NCBI GenBank assembly: GCA_043228905.1
Contig: JBHGNT010000013.1
Coordinates: 15,190,001-15,254,000 of the forward strand
Length of the DNA: 64,000 bases
Source of the DNA: Azolla caroliniana
Taxonomy: Eukaryota > Plantae > Polypodiophyta
Direction of reading: 5' to 3'
This document shows positions 26,317 through 40,100 of this stretch, one piece after another. The first letter of the stretch is position 1; each line of letters starts with the position of its first letter. The position numbers and the translations under genes are program-made. A model generated the notes under the pieces. The model was given only the letters and a program-made list of their open reading frames with translations, did not search any database and was not told where the DNA came from.

Positions 26317-29300
26317 TCAGAATGTCTGCAAAATAATGGGCCACTGATTTATATCCCTTCTTTCTAGCTGTCCAATAAAACCAAAAAAATCAATATCTTC
26401 ATCCACCAGAAAAACGTCCACTTCCTTCTATCAATTAGTCAAGAATAATGAATTAACAATACCTTTGTAAATGGCAATGCCTGTAGGTGCTACTTTCCTT
26501 CTTGCTAAGCAAATGGAGCTGGTAAAATTAGAGTACAATAATTAGCTTTTGCACATTGGGAGGAAACAAGAAAGGTATTTCAAGTACGTTTAGCTAACCT
26601 GTTACAAATCCAATAGGGATTTAAACCTTCCTCTTCAGAACAATGAGGGCAAATCCAATCCGTTTTCTGCCTGACTTCCTCCATGTCTGCAATTAGAAAA
26701 AGAGTGTACGTCAGATATGTATATTAACACCTATAAATTAATTTAGATTCCCCATTTTGATGAATCCATTTTCCCACACTTGTTCTTACATAAGTACACC
26801 AAGTATATACATGCACTTACCTATAACAAGAGATGTCCCGATACAAAGACATTTACATTCACAAATACAGTGTCTAATGAATGCACACATATGTACATTC
26901 TAAACAAACCCAACTGGACGCATACATATATTCAAACCTCTTACCTTCTCCATAACGGATCTTCAAGCAAGCCCTGCAAAACACTCCTGTGCTCGAATGG
27001 CATCTGGAACAATCAGTCTTTCCTGCTCATGCCAAAAATAGACTGTTTGATGAGGAGGGAAGCCGAAGTCCAATTTATGAGTTTATATAAAAAAGAACAA
27101 CCTACCTAAGCAAGCTTTGGTAACATCTCTTTGTCCACATCTTTCACAATCTTGTTCCCCACAAAGCTTCTTCTGCCTGCATATGCAGATTAATTTAGCA
27201 TATAAATATCGCACCATTAGATCATGAAAATTCAATGTTCATAATCCTCATTAAATCAAAAACAATATCAATGATAATATCATTCATCAAATCAATTAGC
27301 CAGTGTGAGCAGAGTTCAAACAAGAGTAATTTATTTACCTGCAAAAGTGGCAGCAAATACCCACAACTGCATCATACAAGGAACCCCTTCCTTTGCTCCG
27401 ACAACGGAGAGCTGAAATTGTAGGGGTTATCTTCAGGTCTGCGGGGATATATTTAGGGATGGGAGCATTAGCAGGTCTCAGAGGGGTTCCATTGAGATCA
27501 TTTCTGGATACTTTGCTTCTCATAACAAGCTGACGTTTAGGGCTTTCATCAATGACATCATCATATCTGTGTGAGAAAGAAGGGGTGTAGAAACCTAGGT
27601 AGAGCAAGAAAGGCCAAAAGAAAGATTAGTTTTATGACATGCTCGCACAAGAGAGACAGACAGACAAACAAACAAACAAACAAACAGATGTAAAATAGGT
27701 TTATTAATGTCTCCTTGGTGCCAAAATGGCCCAATAAACCCAACAAGTTACGACTGAATAATGCATAAAATAAATTTGGCATATATCTGTTACACAGTAA
27801 TACATAGAATTTTACAAAACAAGTGTAACCAAATAATGCACAAAATGAATTGACATATCTACTCATGTATTCATGCATCTGTTACACAGTAATATATAGA
27901 CTTTTAAAAACCTAAAACATTATCTGCTCAACAAAACTAAAATTTTAAAGCTTGTGAAGATATCCAACAAGAGAATACAACTCAAAATGTTGTGTTATCT
28001 ACACACTGACATGAACGAAAAGGAAAACCCTGAAATATCCTTATTCACTTATTCTTCAAAATATCCTTTGGATGGCTAGCACCTGAGAGTATATCATTGT
28101 CTCTCTGTAGGTTTAGTTTAGTGAGTTTCCCTCAACAAAATGAAATGATGAGAGAGAGAGAGAGACCTGAAGCTGGAAGAATGTTTTTTAAACGTTCAGA
28201 TCTACGCCGTAATTCCATGGGTGGGATCGGTGATTTCTTCCATGGCCTTTTTCCTGGTTTTGTGGCACTGAAGTAAGCTGTCAGGTCGTCTGCATGTTTC
28301 CGCACTCCTAAGGCAGCCATTCGAGCCTTGGGAGTGAAGGGAAAGAAGAAAATAAAAATGTTAGAAAAAGATAAGAAAACAGGCAACATTAAGTGATGAA
28401 TGTCTTATGCAAAGAGTCATGAATGTGATCTCTCCAGATATGATTAGCAAAACATAGATGTTGACAGTAACCTCGGTACAAGTTTAATTGGATAATAATT
28501 ATATCCATGGAGCCATCTGACGTTAAGTATGGCACATCACAGGATTGACACCAACATGCTACAAGATAATTTTCAATGATGATAATGACTGCAGGCGTGC
28601 CGGTTGCTTGGTTGATAATGCAAAAGCATAAGTGTGATACCAATCTATTACAAGATAATAAGATAATGTTGCCATTTTTATATATAATCCACGACATCGC
28701 AGTTATGGTGACTTCCTAATACTATAATAGAAACATTGAGCCTGTTCTGATTCATTTAGAAATCTTGAACTTTTTGACCTAAAGACACTTAACGCTTCTG
28801 CGCAAAATAGTTCTAAGGACCATTTTGAAATGGTTCACTTAATAGTATGACGGTGAACAAAAGGCTTGTCAGCTTAATTAAAAGACATTTCAATGAAGGA
28901 ATCAGTGCTATAAAATGGAAACGATTCTTCAAATTCAGTTCATGAACCCCTTTGAATAATATTTATGAGATACCTTGTTTTCTGCGATTCTCTGAAGCCT
29001 GACGGCTTCGTAAGGAGATGTGAGGGCAGGTGATGAAATGTAGACCTTGCTAACATCTTCTTCTCCGTGATCATCATCTCGGAGCTTCGCATGAATTCGG
29101 TTTTCTTCTCCTCTTTCAGCTTCCGCAGATGGTGAAGATGGGAGCTCATCTTTCACCAACGATTTGATGGACTCTCGTTCTCCGTGGGGGCCTGTATCCT
29201 GCGTCGCAGACGGTGGCTCATCTTTCACCACACCCTTGATGCTCGCCGGTTCTTCATGAAGCCCTCCCTCCTGCTTCACTGATGATGATGAAGAAGACGT

Positions 29301-29363
29301 AGAAGAGAAGAGAGGAGCGCAGGTGCGCAAAGAAGACCTCGTGGATCTGGTGGTGGCCACCAT
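26317..29363 (-). CDS. CDCA7: zf-4CXXC_R1 domain protein (CDCA7-like), 9 exons
   Basis: Exons 29363-28974, 28326-28167, 28130-28083 (least certain), 27594-27339, 27176-27106, 27022-26945, 26686-26599, 26518-26463, 26367-26317. Protein: YEAVRLQRIAENKARMAALG..RRRSERL..GSLYDAVVGICCHFCRQKKLCGEQDCERC..CSRCHSSTGVFCRACLKIRYGEDMEEVRQKTDWICPHC..WICNSSICLARRKVAPTGIAIYKARKKGYKSVAHYL. Confidence 0.9.
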
Positions 29364-30117
29364 AGCTTTCTATCTCTGTCTTCTTCTTCTTCTTCTTCTT
29401 CTGCACTTCTTCTTCCTCTTCTGTTTGGCGGCAAAGGTTTTGGTTTGTGTGAAAACGGATAGATAGAGAGAAAGAAAGAAAGAAAGAAAGAAAGATATAC
29501 ATATTGATGTCTTCTAAGGCCAAATTTGGCCCATGATAGATAGAGAGAGTGTGAGAGCGAGATTAACTAACGTCTTCTAAGACCAAATTTGGGCCATGAG
29601 ACAATTGAGAGAGAGATGGTATGGTGGTGAGCTGTCCATTTCTCTTTCTTTCTCTGATATATTTAGTTTTAACTTACTGTATGGCAGGTCCTGTGTCACA
29701 CACAAGGTGGGACATTTCCGCACCACTTGGCTGCTCGGGGGATCGGCCGAGCCCACGGCCAATACCGCCAACAAGACCTTCCACCTCCCACTCACGCCCA
29801 CCCGATACCGATACCCTCTGCTCATCTCTAGTGCCCGGCTCTTTTCCGCATGCTGTTGCATCGTTCTGACCCTAGTTAGTCTCATTGCCTGATGTGTGCC
29901 ATTGGATTGTCATCCATTTCACGCACTGGCTCTCATTCATTCAGAAAAAACGGGAAAAAAAGGACAAGTATGTGTGTATTATGCATGTGCAGATTTGTAA
30001 GCACATATGACATGATCTCCATCAATTCGTTGACTCTCATCCCCTCAATTTTGTATTACTTCTTCACTATCATATGAGCTGTGTCTCTCCAATGTGGAAT
30101 TATCAACATTTTGATAT

Positions 30118-30125
30118 TTTCCCGC
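30118..30125 (+). promoter_or_regulatory. Canonical E2F site TTTCCCGC upstream of CDCA7-like gene
   Basis: TTTCCCGC ~755 bp upstream of the ATG; a second TTTGGCGG lies at 29424-29431. Confidence 0.4.
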
Positions 30126-31333
30126 AAATACGTCCAAAGCGTATGGCTTTTTGTTTTGGAAGAAAAGAATTTTACTATGCAAAATGCGGGCCTAGCGAAT
30201 ATAATTTATTGGATTACCACCAAAGTAGATTGATGGAATGAAGAGTTTTCAGCTCATGAAAAATCTTTGACTTTTGAATTTCTAGTTCATTGTGAAGGAG
30301 ATAACATTCATCGATGACACATGGGAATCTACATCAAACCCATATGGTGTATACAGCCAAAGATAACCAAGAAATTATGGGAGTGACCAATTTGAGCTAT
30401 TACTATAGATTCATGCCACACTATATATGCAAGCGAACAAACACTCGTCCAGTTGCACATGAATGACGATACACCATGTTGGAAGGCTGAGTATAATCAC
30501 GAAGCCTTGGACCTCTTTCACTACACTATCCATCAGCTCCACTGATTTAAACTCATCATTTCCAGGATGCCCACTACATATATTGTTAGTACAATACAAC
30601 CTTTAGGAGATATAAGAGACTATGCCTGTACAATTGTTTTCCACCACAATATATTTGGATGCTGCGATTTCAGAAATCATATATTGTTTTTCTTTGAGGA
30701 TCTCCTCAGGTTCAAATCATGCCACCTGATATCACATAATGATTGGAATGACAAATGTACATCGATCTAACACCTTCTGTTGAACATATAACATATTTTC
30801 CACGTAATTAACATGTGGTGGATTGATCATCCTACCACATTTCAATAAACTTCAATTTAAACATAACCCAGAAAAGGGTAATTTTAATCGTCACAAATCG
30901 ATTCAGAATTGGTAAAAACTACGATAATTTTTTCTGTATCCTTTTGATGCATGAATGTAGCATTTCGTCTACACCAGAGACAATAGAAATATGAAAAATG
31001 TGTACTTCTACCCAAGGCATCCTTCCAGTTAGCGACAAACTGATGCATTGTCAATAGATGAGGTATCATCCATCATAACAGCAGCTGAAATGGGGAACTT
31101 AATCTGTGCTTCCAAGAAGCAGTTACATTACACAACCTGAAAATACATAGAAAGGCTAAAATTTGTTCAGGAAGCCCCCAATATACATCCATCTCTAAGC
31201 TCTTTAAGAGAGACGATTTTCAACAAGTAAAACAAGCCTGAAAGTGCCCCTAAAATACACAGAAGCTGTTCAGGAAAGCTCCATGTATAACCTCCTCAAG
31301 AGTCAAAAGAAAATGGAAAATAAGTTTAATCCC

Positions 31334-34300
31334 TCATCCACGCCGCTTGCTGAGACGCCATGAATTAGGTTCATGGTACCGATCATAAAGCGGTTCAATC
31401 CGTTCTTGGCGTTTCCTCTTACTTAACTTAGTAGGATCTGCAACTTTAAAGAACCGAGGTGCTAGCTCTACAAGCCACTTCGGATCAACTACAGTCACTT
31501 CTCTCATGTACTCCTTTGTAGTCATCACAAGTTCATGATAGATAACCCAATCAGGTTGCCTCTGGAAAAGAGCACTACTAGGATGTATATACACAGGTTG
31601 ATTCTCCACCAATGTGCGATACCCCTCTTGTGGATCCTTCCGGCCCGCATGAAAAAAGAAACCTGCTGCAATCGCCTTCCTGATTTTTGTGAAATTCTTT
31701 CCCGCACTAACAACATCCAGCTTATACCTGAGAGAGCAAAATCATAACATTTATTAAGGTCCATAGTAAGCAAGATGACAAATTAATCCCATTCATACAA
31801 AGAAAACAAATTGAAGCACAAATAAATATGAATAAACATAAAGCTCCTTACATTGGTAAAAAGCAATATAAAATACAAATAAACAGACCTATCCATGATG
31901 GTCAGAAGTTGTTTGCGCACATCCTGGGCCCTTCGTAATGAGCGTGACTGAACAAAATTCTCGAAACACCAAGGACCTGAGAAGTTTTTGGCCTTCCATG
32001 CTTCATATACTGCTAGAAGTGTTAAGTGGTCCCCTTCTGGCTGAAAGAACTTAGCTCTCTTCTGATCAGCCTGCGCCTGCTTCTCACGAGGCCGATAGAA
32101 TATATTTTGTGCTTGAAGCATTGCAATAATTGTTAATATTTCATCACTACAACCCAAATCTACACTTGCAAGTAGCATCTTTGATAGGGGTGGTTCCAAT
32201 GGGAATTCTGCCATCTTCCTCCCAAGTTTTGTGAGAAGCCCTTCCTCATCCAGTGCTCCCAAACTATAGAGTTGTTCCATTGCCGAGAGAAGGGCCTGTG
32301 GTTGTGGTGGATCCATGAAATCAAACGATAACAAATCATTGATGCCCATAGCTTTCAGTTGCAAGGTTGTAAAACCTAGATTGATTCTCTGGATTTCAGG
32401 TACAGTTGTGGGTAACATCTCATTCCTATATGCACTTTCGGTATAAAGACGATAGGTTTTTCCTGGTCCAGTTCGACCAGCTCTCCCTGCCCTTTGCTTT
32501 GCAGATGCTTGAGAAATCGGAGTGATAACTAAAGAATCCAACCCTAGCTTAGGATTGTATACATTTTGTTTTGCAAATCCTGGATCTACCACATAGTAAA
32601 TCCCATCGATGGTCAAAGATGCCTCTGCTATATTTGTAGCCACGACCACCTTTCTTGTTCCGGGTGGAGCTGGATCAAAAATTCTGGTTTGCATCTCACT
32701 AGGAAGGGCACTATAAACTGGAAGAATGATGAGCTCTGGAACATTTGGGCCCAAACCTTTCATTCTCTCATACAATATCTGACACGCAGTATCGATTTCC
32801 TCTTGACCTGTCAAAAACAGCAGGATATCACCCTCTGGCTCAGTCAAATGAATCTGCATCACAGTGATGAGGGCTGCATCTAAGTAGTCACTCTCAGGTT
32901 GTTTTGCATACAAAATCTCTACAGGAAAAGTTCTTCCTGGAATCGTGAATATGTTACAATTAAAGAAATATCCAGAGAACTTCTCCGCATCAAGTGTTGC
33001 AGATGTCACAATCAGACGTAAATCTGGCCGCCGCTTTACTAGACCCTTGAGTAGCCCAAACAAGACGTCAGTATGTATTGTCCTTTCATGTGCCTCATCA
33101 AGCATGATAACTGAATATTGAGAGAGATTATCATCTACAAGAACTTCTCTTAAAAGCATACCATCTGTCATATACTTGATAACAGTCTCGGGCCCTGTAC
33201 AATCCTCAAACCGGATTGCATATCCAACCTCTTCCCCCAACCTACAACCAAATTCCTCGGCAACCCTCTTAGCTACAGACATAGCTGCCACCCTTCGCGG
33301 TTGTGTGCAACCGATCTTGCCTCTAGTTGTGTATCCTGCTTCTGCAAGGTACTGAGTAACTTGAGTGGTTTTACCTGAACCTGTCTCACCTATAACAACA
33401 AGAATCTGATTATCGTGTACTGCTTGAATCAATTCATTCTTCAGCTTGTAAATAGGCAAACTTTGCCTTTGTTCTTGTATCGAAAGCTTTGATCTCTGAC
33501 CAAAAGTGGGTGCCTTCCCAAAAGCATCTTTCTTCCATTCGGGCATGTCATATGCTGAAAGACCTACTCCACGAAGTTCTTGTGCAAGATGCCTCTCTCC
33601 GGTCTCTGGCATAGGATCTTCCCAAGGTCGATTCAGATCCTTCGGTATGGAATCCAACATAGTTCTTTGCTGTTGCTCCCGCAATTCTCTCCTCTCTTTA
33701 GCCAGAGCAGATTGTGTCATTGCAGCTCTCTGTAACGATCCATCTGGGTTTTTTACAATCTTCACCGGTGACACATCAATAGAATACCTAGTTTGTCCTC
33801 TCAAGAAAGCTGGTTCATCCTCATTTAATTCTATCTCAAGTTCCTCTTCAGCTCCCTCATCTTGATATAGAAGGCCCGACCCATCAGGATCATAATTAGG
33901 AAAATCTCTCACATCCAACACCCCAGATGCAATAAGTTGTTTGGCCTCCCATCTCTCAGGAGAACTCATCCTCTTCAATGGTCTCCTGGAGGAGCCATTT
34001 TCATCCTCTTCGACAATGGTAATACCAGAGAGGCCTTTCCGACTAGTTGGAGGCTGATTAATGCTAGAAGGATTAGATTCTTCATTAATGGAGCTCTTTT
34101 TCATGGGCAAAAGATCTTGTCCAGTCCTCTGATCTACATCCCTCATCGAAAGACTGAGTTTTTGTCCAGTCATAGAGATAACTTTCACCCAAACATCCTG
34201 ATCTCTTTTAATAACATCCTTTGCATTAGTTATGAGCCTAGAAGCAATCTGTGACACATGCACAATGCCTTCCTTCCGGTCACGAAATGAAGACAGTTGG

Positions 34301-35286
34301 ACGAAACAACCGTGATCCATGACCCTTGAAACCCTACCTTTGTAGACACCAAAAAGCTCAAGCTCTTGTGGATAACTCTGGGAACGATTTTGACCATCTC
34401 CACCCTTCTTGATCCATGTTTCATCATCATTCTTATTATTGTCACTATCATCGTCCTCATATTCTCGTTCTTTATCTTGACCCCTGCCTCTTGGTTTATC
34501 ATCATAGTAGCTGTCCCTTTCTCTATCTCTTTGTTTTCTGTCACTTCTATGCCTTTCATCGTCCCTCTCCCAATCTCTGTGCTTTCTGTTGCTTCTATGG
34601 CCACCATCATCCTTGTCCCAATCTCTATCTCTATCTTTGTCTCGACCTCTGTCTCTACCACTTTCTCTGTCCCTATCCCTATCCCTACCTCTGTCTCTGT
34701 CTCTATCATTATCTCTGTCTCTATCTCTGACATCATCTCTCCCCCGCCTATCTCTCTCGGTGTATCTGGCATCCCCTCTTCGGTCATCATCACGAGAGCT
34801 ATATTTCTCTCTCTCAGTCCTCTCTTTGTCCTTGGATCGTGCCTCGCGCTCCAGATCACTCTCAATCTCTCGAATCCTCGCCTTATTATCAGCAACAGAG
34901 AGACCAGGAAAGGAAGAATCACCAGCAGGAGCAGATTTAACCTTCCCTTTCTCACCTTTCCGGGTAGAGGAAGGAGGTAGAACAGCATGGATTGTGGTAA
35001 GCAGGCTTCTGACGAAATATTCAGGCATCTCGGCTCCGTTCTCCTTGAGATTCCGGGAGAAATCCTCGGGGTGATCACTGCGTCGGGCGAGATCGATGAT
35101 GAACTCGGCTAGGGTTTTGTCGGAGCAGCCAACATTGGCGTCGAGCTCTGCGCAGACCTTGGAAACGAGAGAGAGGTACTCGAGGGCCTTCAGGCTTCCA
35201 TCGCCATCGTGGGAAGGTGCTCCACGTCCAGCTGCTGTTGCCGCAGGGTCGGGCCTGGACCCCGCCATGGCTATGGCCTCTGTCAT
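31334..35286 (-). CDS. PRP22: Pre-mRNA splicing DEAH-box helicase PRP22/DHX8 (plant DEAH5-like) with RD/RE-rich region and S1 domain
   Basis: Exons 35286 (or 35268) to 31889 and 31727-31334. Motifs [12 protein letters not shown]1 domain [51 protein letters not shown]-terminus WRLSKRRG. Confidence 0.97.
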
Positions 35287-35479
35287 AGGGCGACAGAAAC
35301 AGAAGAAGAAAATCAGAAACCTGAGGAAACCCCTTCCATTTCTTTTATATACATATGTACATATGTAGACTGTAGTGTACTGTGTAGTGTATGTATGTAT
35401 GTATTCAGCGTTTCTTTTATTCTCCGAAATACCCTTCATCGTATATTCTAAAATTATCATGACTTTTACCCCTTTATCC

Positions 35480-35673
35480 TAGCAATCGGCAACGCTTCCG
35501 TTCGGTTCGAAAGTATCCAACTCAAACCGTTTCCCCAAAATAAATTGAAACTTACACCGAACCAAACCAAAACACGAAACCGTTTAAACCAAAACGTTCA
35601 ATTACAAAACATTCAAGTTCAAAACCAAACGGTTTTAGACATTTTCAAACCATTAAACCGTTAGCCATTGCTC
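35480..35673. mobile_element. MITE-like element in PRP22 promoter, related to 13216-13511
   Basis: Imperfect TIRs AGCAATCGGCAACG / CGTTAGCCATTGCT; AACCG/AAACC-rich interior; no clean TSD. Confidence 0.6.
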
Positions 35674-36163
35674 TTTTCGCCTACAACGAATTTACGTATG
35701 TATTCTTTTTCCGAAAATACCCTTCATCTCACGTCATGGTATCTTCTAAAACTATCAGAGCTACCCTTAGCCACTCCTCTTCTCACATAAGATCATTTAT
35801 ACATCTTCTTGATTCTCATATAATTTTTTTACAAAATTTGCGAACAACAAAGCAATGTCAGCTCGACATAAGAGGAATGTCGAGCCTCTCCATGGTATCA
35901 ATACAACTAGCAATCCAATGTCATCTTCATGCTAGGCAACGGAAATGAGTAAAGTATTTTTTTTATTGACCTATTGATGTCTTGAGCTCGTTTCTATGTT
36001 TTACGACTCTAGCTAGCTACATTGGAATGTGTGCCATCTCAAGGTGAACTCCACCGAGAGCATGTCTATCGATCAACGATGTTCTACCTCCACGTCAATG
36101 TCACGAGCGAATGGGTTCCGACCACCACATACCTTATTGGTGGCGAATCGGGCGAGAGTGGTT

Positions 36164-36668
36164 TGATAGAAAAATGGGATCTCAGCCACAACCGAGTTCA
36201 ATGCAGAATAGGGAAAAAAACAAGCACAAAACAGAGAGAATAAAACCAGGAAGAATGGTGCATGAGATCTTTACATGGAAAACCCCAAATAGGGTAAAAA
36301 ACCACGTGTGCCCATAGACACCAAATAAATCACTATAAGAGAGATATACAACGAAAGTGAACACACAAGGACCGACCTGAGTTTGTACACCTTGTGGACT
36401 GGTGATTACAATAGAGACATTCTCAGTGTCTCTCTCGTTCTCCCACGCTCCGTCTGTTCTGCATCAAAGACAACAACCTCGCACACGTTGACACAATTAT
36501 AGATACAACTAACACACCAGACAAACAAGACAACTCAATTGCCCTGAACGACCACTAACGCAGTTTGCCCTAGTTATCTTTATACTTAGATAACTTTCAG
36601 GCTATTTACATAACTAGCCTAAGAAGGCTCTACTCAAAACCTATTTACATCTTATGGATACTCATCCG
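36164..36668 (-). repeat. 3' LTR of copia A (interrupted by element B)
   Basis: Colinear with 46765-47271, roughly 12% mismatches by hand estimate. Confidence 0.9.
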
Positions 36669-37156
36669 TGTTGGGGACAAGGTCGTAACTGCGGAAGAAC
36701 AAACAACATCTGTGATGTTGAAGGACCTGTGTATGAGAATGAACAAGATACAGAGAGAGAGAGAGAGAGGCACAAAGAAAACGTTTTATTTCTTAACAGC
36801 AACAGTTACAAATGACCACCCCCTCACTAAAGGTTACAAAGTCACTTTATATGGTGACTATCCTAGGGCAACTGCCCTTTATGTTGTTTACAGAAATAGC
36901 CCAAACTTGGGCTGTCCAAAGGGACGGTGTGAATACGGCCATTATACACTCGTATTCGACACTCCCCCGTAATGGGCGTATACATGGGTTATTTGAAATT
37001 ACAGGTATATACAAGGTTTATCGGACAAATCAGTTTTGTTCGAGTCGGCAAGATCTGAAGACAGAAGACCGAATCGGTCGAGTCGGAAGAGCTGAAGCCG
37101 ATCCTCAAAGAACCGATGTCAGTTGTCCGAAACCATCTAGTGTTCTGTGTCCGACT

Positions 37157-40100
37157 TTAACCGGACCGATTTTTCGTTACGCCCATCTGGTGCCGAAGGG
37201 ACCGGACACGATCCGCCGAAAGACACTTGGTCATTCCATCTGCGACATTATTCGTTGTGGATATCTTCTCGAGACCGATTTTCCCTGAAATGACGCAGTC
37301 CCGAACAAAGTGATATCGAACGTCAATATGCTTGGAGGCGTTGTGGTGAACCGGATTTTTTGACAAAGCAACAACCCCCTGACTGTCGTTGTAGACAACT
37401 GGAGCTTAGTTGAAGTCGACTTGTCGAAACGTGTGCGCCAGCCAACTGAGCCATAAAGCTTCTTTTGTCGCGTCGGACGCAGCTACATATTCCGCTTCGG
37501 TCGTTGGGGTGGTTGTGCACTCCTGAAGTTTCGACTTCCACGAGATTACTCCATTGCCGAATTTGAAACAATATCCGGTTGTTGATTTCCGACTGTCCAC
37601 GCAGCCGGCGAAGTCCGAGTCAGTGTAACCGACTACGCCTGAGGTTGAGTTTGGGCCAAAAAGAATGTTGTGGTCTTTTGTGCCAACTAGATATTTGAAC
37701 ACATGCTTGATTGCGTTCCAGTGCGATCGGCCTAGGTTGTGCATGAATCTGTTGACGACTCCTACGGCGTGAGAAATATCAGGCTGTGTCGCGACCATCG
37801 CGTACATAAGGGAGCCGGCTGCCAGTGCATACGGTGCCAATTTCATATCTTCCCCCTCCGGACCGGATGTCGGGCAATCTTGATGAGACAGCCGAAGGTT
37901 AATGGGGAGGGGGGTTGAAGCAGACTTGGCCGAGTGCATGTTGAAGCGTTCCAAGACACGTCTGATGTAGTCGGTTTGAGACAAGAAAAGTTGTCGTTTA
38001 TCGCGATGCCGACTAATCTTCATACCAAGTATGTGTCTTGTCGGACCGAGGTCCTTCATGGAAAACTTCAATCGCAATTTCTGAACGAGTTCAGTGAGCT
38101 CTCCGACATGTCGGCCGGAGAGTAGCATGTCAGAAGACGGGTCTTGAGCTGGTTTGGTGAAGAGACAGTGGTCCTCATCGCTCTTGGAGAAGCCGACCGA
38201 CTGGATGAAGTTGTCAAACTTCTTGTACCATTGTCGGGGTGCCTATTTCAGGTCGTATAAGCTCTTCTTGAGTCGGCAGACTAGATGTTCCTGGCCAGAT
38301 GCCACAAAGCCTTTCGACTGCTCCATATAGATTTCCTCCTGTAGGTCACCGTGGAGGAATGTCGTTTTTACATCTAGCTGAATCAGCTCCAAGTTGTCGG
38401 CGGCCACAACGCCGAGCATGAAACAAAGGGTTGTCATTTTCACCACTAGTGAAAAGATTTCGTCGAAGTCGACACCATATTCTTGTCGAAATCCCTTCGC
38501 AACTAATCTGGCCTTGTACTTTGGGTTGGTCGAGTCAGACGTCTCTTTTAGTCGATAGACCCACTTACACGGAAGAGCACGCCGATTCTTCAGTAATTCA
38601 ACCAAGTCCCAAGTCTTGTTTGCGCGAATGGAGTGCATTTCCGACTCCATCGCCAGATGCCAGGTGGTTGAGTCGTAGATGCCGATGCTTCTTCGTAAGA
38701 TGTCGGTTCGCCAGTGTCAGTAAAGAAAATTCTGGGAGAGTACCTTTCCGGAGGTTGCGATAGTCTCTCGGATCTTCGAGGTATGACTGGATTGGTCGCA
38801 CCGGGTATAGGTGTCGGATGGTCAGAAGTTGAGTCATTCAGATGTGTTGAATCGGTGGATTCAGGACGGGAGATGTCGGTTACCCGTGAGACCGATCTCG
38901 TGTTGTGGGTTGGGCCTTCATGAAGGGTTGGCACTTCGGAAAATATTACCCTTCGAACTTCAATAGGCCTTTCGGCCGTTTTATGCATAGCCGACTCGTT
39001 GAACACGACGTTCGAACTTCAGACGATTTGTCAGTGCTTGGGGTCCCAGAGTCGGTATCTGATCTCGCCGTTGGGTCCATATCCAAGGATAACGCATTTC
39101 CTTGATCTTGGTTGGAGTTTTCGGCAATCGTCTTTCGGTATGAGGGCATACGCCTCGCAGCCGAAGATCCTCATCTTGTCATAATTCGGCTTACTGCCGG
39201 TCCATGTTTCCTGAGGTATTTTAAGTCCTAGAGGTCTACTTGGCGACATATTGATTATGTGCACTGCCGTAAGTAGAGCCTCAGCCCAGAAGCCATCTGA
39301 CAGTCTGGAGTGTTGGAGCATGGATACTATACGTTCTTGAATCGTCTGATTCATGCGTTCAACAATTGCGTTCTGCTCCAGATTATAGGGTGTCGTATAT
39401 TCACGTCGAATGCCGCGTTCCCAACAAAATTTGACGAATTCGTCAGACTTGAATTCTCCTCCATTATCGGTTCGGAGACATTTTAGTTTCCGACTAGTCT
39501 GGTTTTCGACCATTGCAAGCCATTCGAAGAAGATCGAGAACACCCAATCCTTGGTTTTAATGGGGTAAGCCATTCGACCTTGTTGAGGTGTCCAAGTCGT
39601 CCGTGCCATAACGATGACACGGGGATATCAACCAAAAATAAGTCACCCTCTTTGACTGTGACATATAAAGGATACAAGGAATGTACCTTTGTTCCTCGAG
39701 CAAGCAGGAGGTTCCCTTTGTCGAGTGTCCACCCTCCTGATGAGAATCCGGCACGGATGCCGGCTTTGTCAAGCTGTCCGATTGAGATCAAGGGTCTTGA
39801 GAGCTCAGGAACGTTTCTGACGTTGTGTAGTACGAGTGTAGAGCCAACCAGAAGGTTAAGCTCTACGGTACCGATTCCGATTATAGCACAATGATGCGAG
39901 TTTCCGACTCGAACTGAGTCGGAGTGTCGGTCCGAATATTGCCGAAACTAAGATTGGTGAGGTGTCACATGATACGATTTGCCCGAGTCCAGGAACCATG
40001 TGCTCGATTCCTCAGTCGTAAACAGAACTTCTTATTCGAATGGGTTCTCTATGGACAATATGTTCGGGTCGGTCGTCAAAATTTCGGCTGAAGAGCCGAC

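Noticed and set aside
30300-31300. Additional small gene between CDCA7-like and PRP22
   Set aside because: Only short ORFs with no recognisable motifs; more likely PRP22 3'UTR or intergenic
34230-35078. Long alternative-frame and antisense ORFs (282, 204, 161 aa) over PRP22
   Set aside because: Shadows of the low-complexity RD/RE repeat; no independent coding signal
35287-35460. 58-aa N-terminal extension of the PRP22 ORF
   Set aside because: AT-rich, simple-repeat promoter/UTR-like sequence; similarity and coding composition begin at 35286/35268
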